Positions 18,156 through 26,935 of a stretch of 54,027 nucleotides of DNA are shown one piece after another (positions within the stretch are counted from its first letter, which is position 1; every line of letters starts with the position of its first letter). The notes below the pieces were generated by a model, which was not told the origin of the DNA, searched no databases, and saw only the letters and a program-made list of their open reading frames with translations. Both the position numbers and the translations under genes were made by a program. Origin of the DNA: Clostridia bacterium (GTDB taxonomy: Bacteria > Bacillota > Clostridia > Christensenellales > UBA1242); NCBI GenBank assembly GCA_045601705.1, contig JAZSAE010000053.1, positions 1 through 54,027 of the forward strand. Reading direction: 5' to 3'.

Positions 18156-19333
18156 TACTTAACCACCTCCGCTTTAACACTAATTGGACTGATTGAACGT
18201 AATTTTTTTATAACGCCAATCAAAGCATTAACTGTGTAGTCCAAATCTTCCTTAGTCGTTGCACGGCCTAAAGTAAAACGAACTGTACCGTTAATATACT
18301 CATCACTAACGTTCATAGCTTGTAAAACGTGACTACGTGTCAATTTTTCACTGCATGATGCTGTACCAGTTGAAACCCGAATACCTTCAATATTCAATAA
18401 AGCAACTACACTTTCACCACTTACACCTTGGAAAGAAAAGTTAACGTTATTGTTTAAACGTTGATTACGATGCCCATTTAATTTAACACCAGAAATTTTC
18501 GTTTCAATTTCATTGATAAAATAATCACGTAATTTTTTTAGACGAGTATTATTTGTACTACTATCACGCATACAAATTTCAACTGCCTTACCAAAACCAA
18601 CAATTGCTGGTAAGTTATATGTTCCAGCACGCATACCACTTTCTTGATACCCACCATGAATAAATTGGTCAATACGTGTACCACGTTTAATATAAATAGC
18701 GCCAACGCCTTTTGGACCATAGATTTTATGTCCAGATATTGATAAAGAAGTGATATCCATTTCTTTAAGATTGATGCTTACACTTTCTAACGCTTGTGAT
18801 GCATCGGTATGGAAATATACATTATTTTGGTTGCAAATATTTGCGATTGTGTTGATATATTGAACAGTACCAACTTCATTGTTTGCAGTCATAACAGACA
18901 CAAGACAAGTTGGCTTAGATAATTTTGACAACAAATCTGGGATTGAAATAATTCCATTCTCATCGACTTTAACATACTCTACCTCTACACCTTTTTCTGT
19001 TAACCAACGTGCCGTTTCAGTAACACTTGGATGTTCAATTGCACTAATTAAAATACGTTTAATTGGTGATGCTGAAACAATCCCTTTAATTGCCCAGTTA
19101 TTTGCTTCAGTAGCACTTGATGTAAAATAAATTTCATCAGGATCAGCATTGATAATTTTAGCAACATTGATACGTGCTTCATCGATTGCCTTACGAGCCG
19201 TATATCCAATCTCATGAAGCGAATTTGGATTACCGTAATTTGTAATGAAATAGGATTGCATAGCATAAAAAACTTCACCATTACAATAGGTCGTAGCAGC
19301 ATTGTCTAAGTAAATTTCCTTGTTTTGCGCCAT
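18155..19333 (-). CDS. nifS: Cysteine desulfurase (NifS/IscS class)
   Basis: 392 aa with motifs AIEHPSV, TANNEVGT, HTDASQA and SGHKIYGPKG (PLP Lys), plus the loop STGTASCSE. Confidence 0.85.
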   Translation of the reverse strand: MAQNKEIYLDNAATTYCNGEVFYAMQSYFITNYGNPNSLHEIGYTARKAIDEARINVAKIINADPDEIYFTSSATEANNWAIKGIVSASPIKRILISAIEHPSVTETARWLTEKGVEVEYVKVDENGIISIPDLLSKLSKPTCLVSVMTANNEVGTVQYINTIANICNQNNVYFHTDASQALESVSINLKEMDITSLSISGHKIYGPKGVGAIYIKRGTRIDQFIHGGYQESGMRAGTYNLPAIVGFGKAVEICMRDSSTNNTRLKKLRDYFINEIETKISGVKLNGHRNQRLNNNVNFSFQGVSGESVVALLNIEGIRVSTGTASCSEKLTRSHVLQAMNVSDEYINGTVRFTLGRATTKEDLDYTVNALIGVIKKLRSISPISVKAEVVK

Positions 19334-19342
19334 ATAGTTATT

Positions 19343-20020
19343 TTACTCCTTTCTGAACAACAAAATCAAGTGATTTAGGCACTTTAAATGCTTACGAATA
19401 ACTTGATAATCTGGAATAATTTTACCAACTATATTCCAAAATGCTGGTGTATGATTAAACTCTAATAAATGACATAATTCGTGTACTACTATATAATCTA
19501 ATAAATTTGGTGGCAGAAAAATTGCACGCCAGTTAATTGCAATATTACCACGACTATCACATACACCCCAACGAGTCTTATTGTTATTCGTTGTGACATT
19601 AACTGGTCTTAAACGTAATTGTTTTGCCATATAATTAACACGTTCAATCAAAACTTCGTTTGCTACCTTACGATACCATTTTTCAACTTTTGCTAAAATT
19701 TTTTCGCTTGGAATTTTAGCCGGAATCAATAACTTATTATCATTGATAATAATTTCTTTAACTTCATTTGAGATTAACGGTGTTATTTCTTTTCCTAAAA
19801 AAAGAAAAACTGTATAATTGATAACATTTGGATTGATATAAGAATTACTACGAATAGCGTTTTGTTTCTTTATAATCCAATCTTCTTTTTGTTTAATAAA
19901 ATCAAAAATTTTATTTTCTGGATAATTATATGGTGCACGAACAATTAGTTCGCCTTTCGCATTAATCATTAGTGACAATGAACGTTTATTCGTACGAATG
20001 ATATTACGTGGATCTATCAT
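19343..20020 (-). CDS. YgjP-like (DUF45/M48 superfamily) metal-dependent hydrolase
   Basis: 225 aa with the HExxH-type motif VVHELCHLLEFNHTPAFW near the C-terminus. Confidence 0.7.
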   Translation of the reverse strand: MIDPRNIIRTNKRSLSLMINAKGELIVRAPYNYPENKIFDFIKQKEDWIIKKQNAIRSNSYINPNVINYTVFLFLGKEITPLISNEVKEIIINDNKLLIPAKIPSEKILAKVEKWYRKVANEVLIERVNYMAKQLRLRPVNVTTNNNKTRWGVCDSRGNIAINWRAIFLPPNLLDYIVVHELCHLLEFNHTPAFWNIVGKIIPDYQVIRKHLKCLNHLILLFRKE

Positions 20021-20050
20021 ATAAAAAAAGATAACTTAATCCAGTTTAAC

Positions 20051-20080
20051 TTGACAAGAAGATAATTTCGACACTAAAAT
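20051..20080 (+). promoter_or_regulatory. Candidate sigma-A promoter for the PadR-like/ABC pair
   Basis: TTGACA (20051-20056), 18-nt spacer, TAAAAT (20075-20080). Confidence 0.35.
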
Positions 20081-20086
20081 TATATC

Positions 20087-21172
20087 GTGGCAAACGGTAA
20101 AAATATGACAGAAATTACCATCCTAAACTTACTCGACAAACGTCCAATGTATGGTGCTGAAATGGTTGAAGAAATTAAAAAGTTGTCGGGTAATACTGTT
20201 ATTATGTCTTTGCCAACTTTGTACTCGTGCCTACATCGAATGTCTGGTAAAAAATGGGTTAACAGTTATCAAAAACAATCAACCATTGGTGGTCGTTGTC
20301 GTGTTTACAACATTACAAAACATGGTCGTGAATATTTAACTAAAAATCCAATTCAAATTGATTATAATATAATTGCTGATAATAACTTTGATAATATTAC
20401 ACAAGCTGCACTTTCTATCGGTAATAATTCAATCACCGAAAAAGCAGATATTGGTTATAATGAGAAAAAACCAAATAAAACTTATGCTACATTGGAAGAT
20501 GCTTTTTCTTTGCCATTATCAAAGAATATCATTCCAGAAGAATTACCAAATGATAAAAGAGTTCTTACATTAACTCCACCACCAGAACCAGTAAAACCAG
20601 AAACAAAGCCAATAACACCGAAACAAACCTTAAAATCTTTACCAGATATCTTGCCTTATATTGAACCTACCGAAAAAATCACAGCAACACCAGAACCACA
20701 ATATCAACAAACTTTAATTGGTTTATCTGGCACTGTTGGTGGCAACGATTTGCGACCTTTATTAAAACTGAATAAAGTCAAAGTTGGAAACGATTATGTT
20801 ATCATAAATCGGCTACGTATGGCAGCGACTTTTATTAGTGCAGTAATATTTGCTATTATCAATTTTTTCTGCTCTTTAACACATACAGCACCAAATGAAA
20901 CTTATAGTTTAGTTTATATTGTTTTAGGATTATATACTTTAATCAATTTATCAATTTATATTGTTTATCCACGTATTAAAAAAATATTTTATCGCAAAGC
21001 AAGTTTTGTACGTTATGCATTGAGTAGTTTGATTGCTTTTGTTTTAGTTTTACTTTATTGTTTTGTTAATAATATGACTAACTTATTGTGGTTAACAATT
21101 TTTACATTATTACCAATTACTCAATCAATTATTATGCTGATATTGCGCAAAAGGAGTTGGTTTGAATGTTAA
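20087..21172 (+). CDS. PadR-family winged-helix regulator fused to a Pro-rich linker and a 4-TM C-terminal domain
   Basis: N-terminus ILNLLDKRPMYGAEMVEEIKKLSG...LYSCLHRM...RVYNITKHGREYL fits PadR. The linker is PPPEPVKPETKP. Four hydrophobic helices span about aa 235-355. The ORF track starts at GTG 20087; ATG 20105 (MTEITIL) is an alternative start. Confidence 0.7.
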   Translation: MANGKNMTEITILNLLDKRPMYGAEMVEEIKKLSGNTVIMSLPTLYSCLHRMSGKKWVNSYQKQSTIGGRCRVYNITKHGREYLTKNPIQIDYNIIADNNFDNITQAALSIGNNSITEKADIGYNEKKPNKTYATLEDAFSLPLSKNIIPEELPNDKRVLTLTPPPEPVKPETKPITPKQTLKSLPDILPYIEPTEKITATPEPQYQQTLIGLSGTVGGNDLRPLLKLNKVKVGNDYVIINRLRMAATFISAVIFAIINFFCSLTHTAPNETYSLVYIVLGLYTLINLSIYIVYPRIKKIFYRKASFVRYALSSLIAFVLVLLYCFVNNMTNLLWLTIFTLLPITQSIIMLILRKRSWFEC

Positions 21173-22053
21173 CCATCAACAATCTAGAAAAAGCAAGTTC
21201 CACAAAATTATTGGTAACCGATGTCAACTTAACTTTGCATGAAGGCGAAATTTTAGCTTTAATTGGTGAACATCAAAGTGGAAAAAGTTTATTGACAAAA
21301 TTAATTTTAAGTTTGTCAAAAAAAACGAAAGGAACAATTAAAATACCAACCAATAAACTTGTTGGTTCTTTTGTTATCAAAGAACAACTAATGCCAATGA
21401 TAACAGTAAAAACTGTAATCAAAGATTATTGTAAACTTCATGACCGAAGTTATAATAGTCGCAATGTGAAAAACATCCTAGCTTTATTTAATTTAAGAAA
21501 TCGTTTACACGATAAAATTTATGAACTTTCAGCTAGTGATAATGACCTTTTAAAAATTGCACTACCACTAATTTTACGTACTGATATTTTGATTTTAGAT
21601 GCTCCTTTTTTAAATTTAGCAACGAAACAAGCAAAAGACTTACGTGTATTGTTAAAAAAAATCAGTAATGAATTAAAAACATCAATTCTAATTACTTCAC
21701 CAAAAATCAGCGACGTTGAAGAATTTTGTGATACTATTGCTATTATTGATGATGGAATGATTATCAGCATTCAATCTTATAATGCAATGGTTGCACGTGA
21801 ATTAGACCACACCAAATTAGGTATTACAGTAACTCAACCAAATTACGCAGCAAAAGTAATCGAGGATACTTTTCATATTCCTGCTCGTTTATGTGGTGAC
21901 CAAATTATCATAAATATGAAACCAGAAAAAGTACAAGACGTTGTTGACGCACTTGTCAAAGCGCACGTAACTGTTATCAGTGCTCAACGTGTTTTTCGTT
22001 CGTTAGAACATCAATATTGGGAATTGATTAGTAATCGGAAAAGATATTATTAA
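21166..22053 (+). CDS. ABC-type ATPase homolog with degenerate catalytic motifs
   Basis: 295 aa. Walker A GEHQSGKS is intact. The signature is LSASDN (not LSGGQ), Walker B is ILILDAPF (Glu replaced by Ala), and the H-loop position reads TSPK. The AAGGAG SD and ATG overlap the upstream stop codon. Confidence 0.75.
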   Translation: MLTINNLEKASSTKLLVTDVNLTLHEGEILALIGEHQSGKSLLTKLILSLSKKTKGTIKIPTNKLVGSFVIKEQLMPMITVKTVIKDYCKLHDRSYNSRNVKNILALFNLRNRLHDKIYELSASDNDLLKIALPLILRTDILILDAPFLNLATKQAKDLRVLLKKISNELKTSILITSPKISDVEEFCDTIAIIDDGMIISIQSYNAMVARELDHTKLGITVTQPNYAAKVIEDTFHIPARLCGDQIIINMKPEKVQDVVDALVKAHVTVISAQRVFRSLEHQYWELISNRKRYY

Positions 22054-22922
22054 TCTTGAATCCAAGTTGATTGATCACGCCAACCTTCACGAACTACAAC
22101 ATAAGTATGTAAAACAACGTGTTGTCCAAGTAATTTTTCAAGGTTTTGGCGTGCTTTTGTACCAATTAAACGAATTAAATTACCACGCTTTCCAATGATA
22201 ATTTTTTTATGATTAGGTTTATCACAAATAATATCAGCATCAATGTTTAAAGTGCGTTGTTCTATTTCGTACTTAGTAATAATAACTTTAACACCTGTTG
22301 GAATTTCATCGTGTAACTGATTAATAATTGCTTCACGAATAGTTTCAGCAGCCATAGTTCGTTCTGTACTATCAGTATAAATTGTGTTATCATAGACAGC
22401 TTCACCTTCAGGTAAATATTTTTCCAAACATTCAATTAAAGTTTTCACACCTGTTTTTTTAACAGAAGAAACTGGAATAAATTCTTTCACAAATGTAAAA
22501 TTTTTAATTTGGTCTAAGACTTGAAATAATTTTGCCGGTTTTACACTATCAATTTTAGTAACAACAACAATCACAGGAACGCCAAAATCTTCGTAATTTG
22601 CCAATTTAGTTAAATTTTTTTGTGTTACGTGATTCACGTCAAGCACAAAACAAATTACATCAGCCGATTTGACTGCACCGGAAATCATTCGATTCATTTT
22701 ATGTTCTAATAAATTTGTTGCACGTTGCATACCAGGTGTATCAATAAAAATAATCTGTGAATTTTCAGTATTAAGAATTCCACGAATTGCATCACGAGTT
22801 GTTCCTGCAATTGGTGCTGTAATTGCAACCTGACAACCGACCAAAGCATTGATTAAAGTACTTTTACCAGCATTCGGTTCACCAAGTAAAGCCACTGTAC
22901 CACATTTATGAAGATTACTCAT
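22050..22922 (-). CDS. era: GTPase Era
   Basis: 290 aa with G1 GEPNAGKST, G3 DTPG, G4 TKID and a KH-domain C-terminus (IIGKRGNLI). Confidence 0.92.
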   Translation of the reverse strand: MSNLHKCGTVALLGEPNAGKSTLINALVGCQVAITAPIAGTTRDAIRGILNTENSQIIFIDTPGMQRATNLLEHKMNRMISGAVKSADVICFVLDVNHVTQKNLTKLANYEDFGVPVIVVVTKIDSVKPAKLFQVLDQIKNFTFVKEFIPVSSVKKTGVKTLIECLEKYLPEGEAVYDNTIYTDSTERTMAAETIREAIINQLHDEIPTGVKVIITKYEIEQRTLNIDADIICDKPNHKKIIIGKRGNLIRLIGTKARQNLEKLLGQHVVLHTYVVVREGWRDQSTWIQD

Positions 22923-23341
22923 AAATTCTGCTCTCCGTCACCAGTTACTGGTGGAAATAAATAAATAGCACTTAAACTATCAATTACTTCATAGGTTTCG
23001 TCGTTAGCTACAATAATTTTAATATCACCATTGAATTCACATAAATATTGTCGTGTAGTAGCATTTGGATAAATTTTATGATTTTTCGAATAAAAACACA
23101 TTGCCAACATTTGGTTATAACCTTCACTAATAGCTTTTGCAATGGCTGTATCACCTGCACCAAAAGATGGTGCCGCATAATCACCAGTTTCGATATTACA
23201 ACCACCTAAAATTATATTATCGCTACATAATAATGCTGCACCGACAGCAACACCGGAATAAGGACAATATGCATTATCAGCATAAGATTTCGCCGTATCA
23301 ATTAAACGTGCAATGATTTCTTTACTCAACATAAATTCCAT
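22919..23341 (-). CDS. Cytidine deaminase homolog lacking Zn-ligand and catalytic residues
   Basis: 140 aa. PYSGVAVGAALL...GCNIE aligns to Cdd, but CNCAERTA is replaced by SFGAGDTA and PCGACRQ by PNATTRQ. It sits in the syntenic position between ybeY and era. Confidence 0.75.
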   Translation of the reverse strand: MEFMLSKEIIARLIDTAKSYADNAYCPYSGVAVGAALLCSDNIILGGCNIETGDYAAPSFGAGDTAIAKAISEGYNQMLAMCFYSKNHKIYPNATTRQYLCEFNGDIKIIVANDETYEVIDSLSAIYLFPPVTGDGEQNL

Positions 23342-23718
23342 TATGATAATAATGCCATAATTTCACGTTGTAGTCCAAGCATTTTTACTTCATCATCAGT
23401 TTCAATATGATCATAACCAAAAAGATGCAAAGTACCGTGCACTTTCAAAAAAGTAATTTCCCTCTCTAAACTATGTCCAATATCTTTGGCTTGTTGTTTT
23501 GCTACTTGGCGACAAATTAAAACATCCCCCATAAATCGGCGACCAGTTTCTGGATTTACATCTCCGTCAGGAAAAGATAAAACATCAGTTGCTTTATCGA
23601 CCTGGCGAAATTGCTGATTTAAACGATGTATTTCACGTGGTGAAACATAAGCGTAATTTACTTCAACTGAATTTGAATCAACTCCTAATACTTGACATAC
23701 TGCGTCTAAAACTTCCAT
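23341..23718 (-). CDS. ybeY: rRNA maturation endoribonuclease YbeY
   Basis: 125 aa with motif HGTLHLFGYDH. Confidence 0.9.
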   Translation of the reverse strand: MEVLDAVCQVLGVDSNSVEVNYAYVSPREIHRLNQQFRQVDKATDVLSFPDGDVNPETGRRFMGDVLICRQVAKQQAKDIGHSLEREITFLKVHGTLHLFGYDHIETDDEVKMLGLQREIMALLS

Positions 23719-23736
23719 AACTTAATTCATTATAAA

Positions 23737-24477
23737 CTAAACTAACCAAATTACCAACCGACTAATTTTATCATTATTTACGAAAGCGACTTCACCCAAA
23801 ACAACAATACTATCTGGATAGGCATCAACGACTAACAAATCACCTTTTTTAACCACATCACCAACTGTAACCATTGCTGTCCCACTGTATGTAGTAATTT
23901 CTTTAATTACTGCATCGTACTGTGCATAGTAATTTTTTTTTGTATTATGCTCTTTATTAGTTGCAGTAACTAGATTGATAACCAAAGTATTTCCCGAAAT
24001 AGAAATATGTGTATGCGCAACTTGTTCGAAATTTTCAATTAAGTCATTACCTAAATCTAGTTGTTTTATTTTGCTTTTCCAACAAAAACGATTAATACCT
24101 AATTGATTGAGTCGTTCATATACGGCAGAATTTAGCGTTAAATCGTTAGATTGTATACGAACACGGTAAATCCCCATATCAGCAATAAAATAAACAACGA
24201 AAGCAGAAAGAATTGCACAAACAAGAAATAAATGATTTAAAAAAAAATTAAAACCACGAAAAATATTATAATTTTGTCTTACTTTATATTCGAAGTTACT
24301 AATCAATTTTTTGACAATTTCAGTGTTAGCTAATGGAACATTAAAAGATAAAGTATGTTCGTCACAAATACGAATTTTCGAAAGTTGGTAATTACGTAAT
24401 TTATTTAAACAAGATTGTGGAAGATTAAATACAGTAAATTCGACTTGTCCACAAAAAAAATTTTTAATGACTGACAT
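23737..24477 (-). CDS. yqfD: Sporulation protein YqfD (short form)
   Basis: 246 aa with a central TM helix. The C-terminal block VIKEITTYSGTAMVTVGDVVKKGDLLVV resembles YqfD, and the gene sits directly downstream of the yqfC-like gene. Confidence 0.7.
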   Translation of the reverse strand: MSVIKNFFCGQVEFTVFNLPQSCLNKLRNYQLSKIRICDEHTLSFNVPLANTEIVKKLISNFEYKVRQNYNIFRGFNFFLNHLFLVCAILSAFVVYFIADMGIYRVRIQSNDLTLNSAVYERLNQLGINRFCWKSKIKQLDLGNDLIENFEQVAHTHISISGNTLVINLVTATNKEHNTKKNYYAQYDAVIKEITTYSGTAMVTVGDVVKKGDLLVVDAYPDSIVVLGEVAFVNNDKISRLVIWLV

Positions 24478-24679
24478 TGGTCAGTACTCCAAGAATTTTA
24501 CCGACAATCATAATTTCGTTTTCATCAAAACGTTGAATAATTAAATTTTCACCTTTAATTTCAATTAGCCCACGCTTTACACGAACAACAATGTTATCAA
24601 CAGCAAAATTCATTAACGATAAAACACCGCCAACACAAACACTACAATCCTGATTTTGTTGAATAAAAAAATCTTTCAC
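24464..24679 (-). CDS. yqfC: YabP/YqfC family sporulation protein
   Basis: 71 aa with a pattern (IEIKGENLIIQRFDENEIMIVGKI) typical of the YabP family. It overlaps yqfD by 14 nt. Confidence 0.65.
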   Translation of the reverse strand: MKDFFIQQNQDCSVCVGGVLSLMNFAVDNIVVRVKRGLIEIKGENLIIQRFDENEIMIVGKILGVLTNVSH

Positions 24680-24685
24680 ATCTAT

Positions 24686-25147
24686 TTATAATGTTTTCTT
24701 ATCATCAATATTACTGAAAGCCATAATCCTTTTATAATCTTCTTTAGTAAAAGATGAGACTTCTTCGTCAGTATTTTCATCATTAGGTATTGTTTCTGAA
24801 TCAAAATTAAAAGTACTATATTTTTTATTTTGTATATAATTTGCTATATTACTTTTTTTATTAAGATGATTGTCAATTTGTAAACGTTTATCTTCGTTGT
24901 TGTTTTTTTTAATAATTTCATTCAATTCATCGGCTAGTTCATTATTATAAACTTTCATAACAGGTGGATTGTCATTCTTCGGAACTTCAATCGGTACTAT
25001 TGGCGTTTCTTTGCTAACTTTTGGTGTTGTCTTTTTTTCAATATTTTTTTGGGGGCTACTTTTTATCAAACGATCTAAAACAGCGAACAATAGCAATACT
25101 ATAATTAAAATAATAATTGTCGCAAATAGTAAACCCTGCAAAGTCAT
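24686..25147 (-). CDS. Hypothetical single-pass membrane protein (occupies the yqfB position)
   Basis: 153 aa with an N-terminal TM helix followed by a Lys/Asn/Glu-rich region. No domain is recognised. Confidence 0.5.
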   Translation of the reverse strand: MTLQGLLFATIIILIIVLLLFAVLDRLIKSSPQKNIEKKTTPKVSKETPIVPIEVPKNDNPPVMKVYNNELADELNEIIKKNNNEDKRLQIDNHLNKKSNIANYIQNKKYSTFNFDSETIPNDENTDEEVSSFTKEDYKRIMAFSNIDDKKTL

Positions 25148-25161
25148 TTGAGTTTTTCCTT

Positions 25162-26193
25162 TTATTGTAATTTAGTTTTCTTTTTCGGTGGATTTAAAGA
25201 TGGTGTCAACATATCAGAACTTCCACTCAATGCTTTACGCATCATCGTGTCACTTTTTAAGTTTTCAAGTTGCATATATTCTTTCACATTAACATTACCA
25301 TATTTTAAAGCACCTGCCAAAGCCTTAGGAACTTCAGATTCTGCAGCCACTACACGTGCACGCATTTCCTGTGTTAAAGCACGCATTTCTTGTTCGGCAG
25401 CCACAGCTTCGGCACGACGTTTTTCTGCATCGGCTTGACTAATAAATTTCACAGCTTCAGCTTTATCAATTTCCAACTCTGCACCAACGTTACGTCCAAC
25501 TTTAATATCAACAATATCAAGTGATAAAATATCAAAAGCAGTATCTTCTGCTAACTTTTTATTATCAATAATTGTTTTCGTAATAATGTTTGGTCGTTCT
25601 AAAATTTCGTTATGTGTACTTGCATTACCAACAATAGTCATTATGCTTTCACTAATACGAGCAATAATTGTTTCTTCCAATGCACCACCAATAATACGCT
25701 TTAAATTAACACGTAAGGTTACTTTTACACTGATTGAAACTTCAATACCATTTTTCGCAATTGCAGTAATATCATTGATTTGAATAATTTGTGGCATAAT
25801 GCAATGCTTAACTGCATCATTGATATCACGACCAGATAAATCTACAGCAATAGCAGTTTTTAAATCAAGATCCTGTAAATTTGCACTTGACGCAGCAATT
25901 AAGGCATTGATAACGAGTTCAATGTTTCCATGTGCTTGGATATGGTTTTCAATTTGTGCAATTGTAATATCAACACCAGCCTTTTTAGCTTTAATATAGT
26001 TACTAACAATACTACGAGCATCAAGTTTTTTTACAGTAATTGAAATTAGTTCAGCAATTGAAACGTGCGCACCAGACATAAAAGCACGCACCCACAATGA
26101 CATATTAAAGACTGAATAAAAAGTTATAACTAAAATAACAACGATTAAAATGATTAACCAATGAACTAACTCCATCAAGTAATCATACCACAT
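25162..26193 (-). CDS. floA: Flotillin-like protein FloA (UPF0365/YqfA)
   Basis: 343 aa with an N-terminal TM helix, SLWVRAFMSGAHVSIAELI, and a coiled-coil segment AEKRRAEAVAAEQEMRA. Confidence 0.85.
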   Translation of the reverse strand: MWYDYLMELVHWLIILIVVILVITFYSVFNMSLWVRAFMSGAHVSIAELISITVKKLDARSIVSNYIKAKKAGVDITIAQIENHIQAHGNIELVINALIAASSANLQDLDLKTAIAVDLSGRDINDAVKHCIMPQIIQINDITAIAKNGIEVSISVKVTLRVNLKRIIGGALEETIIARISESIMTIVGNASTHNEILERPNIITKTIIDNKKLAEDTAFDILSLDIVDIKVGRNVGAELEIDKAEAVKFISQADAEKRRAEAVAAEQEMRALTQEMRARVVAAESEVPKALAGALKYGNVNVKEYMQLENLKSDTMMRKALSGSSDMLTPSLNPPKKKTKLQ

Positions 26194-26212
26194 CTAGTAT
26201 TTGTTGTCTAGA

Positions 26213-26935
26213 CTAGTTATCTATTTTTGTAAATTCCTTCTTTAAACGTGATAAAATCTTTTTCTCTAAACGAGAAATATAAGATTGTGAAATTTCAAGC
26301 ATATTTGCAACTTCTTTTTGAGTTCTTTCCTTACCACCACCTAAACCAAAACGCAACTGCATAATTTCTTGTTCACGGATTGATAATTTATCAACTGCCA
26401 GCCACAATAAGTTTTTTTCAACCTTCATATCTAACTCATCGTCAACATTAGTTTCTGTCGTACAAATTACATCACCTAAACGTATATCTGTTCCATCACT
26501 ATCCGAATTTATTGCTTCATCCATTGAAACGTCATTACGTGTTTTTTGTACTTTGCGCAGATACATCAATATTTCGTTTTCAATACAACGACTACTATAT
26601 GTTGCTAACTTAATATTTTTATCATACTTAAAACTATTAACTGCTTTAATTAAACCAATCGAACCAATACTAATTAAATCTTCAATATCTATACCTGTAT
26701 TTTCAAATTTTTTTGCAATATAAATTACCAAACGTAAATTATGGGAAATTAATTTTTGACGTGTTTCAGGTTTACCCTGGTCTAATTCTTGTAATAATAA
26801 TTCTTCTTCAGCTTTTGGTAACGGACGTTCCAAAGCTTCCGTACCATTAATAAAGAAAACACCTGATTGATTGTCGTAATTTTCTTCACGATGAAGACGT
26901 TTAAATAAAGCAATTGCTTTTGAAATTAAGTTCAT
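26213..26935 (-). CDS. sigE: Sporulation sigma factor SigE (pro-sigma-E)
   Basis: 240 aa. The pro-sequence and region 2.1 read FINGTEALERPLPKAEEELL. Region 2 reads HNLRLVIYIAKKF and region 4 reads TQKEVANMLEISQSYISRLEKK. The ORF overlaps spoIIGA by 4 nt. Confidence 0.85.
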   Translation of the reverse strand: MNLISKAIALFKRLHREENYDNQSGVFFINGTEALERPLPKAEEELLLQELDQGKPETRQKLISHNLRLVIYIAKKFENTGIDIEDLISIGSIGLIKAVNSFKYDKNIKLATYSSRCIENEILMYLRKVQKTRNDVSMDEAINSDSDGTDIRLGDVICTTETNVDDELDMKVEKNLLWLAVDKLSIREQEIMQLRFGLGGGKERTQKEVANMLEISQSYISRLEKKILSRLKKEFTKIDN

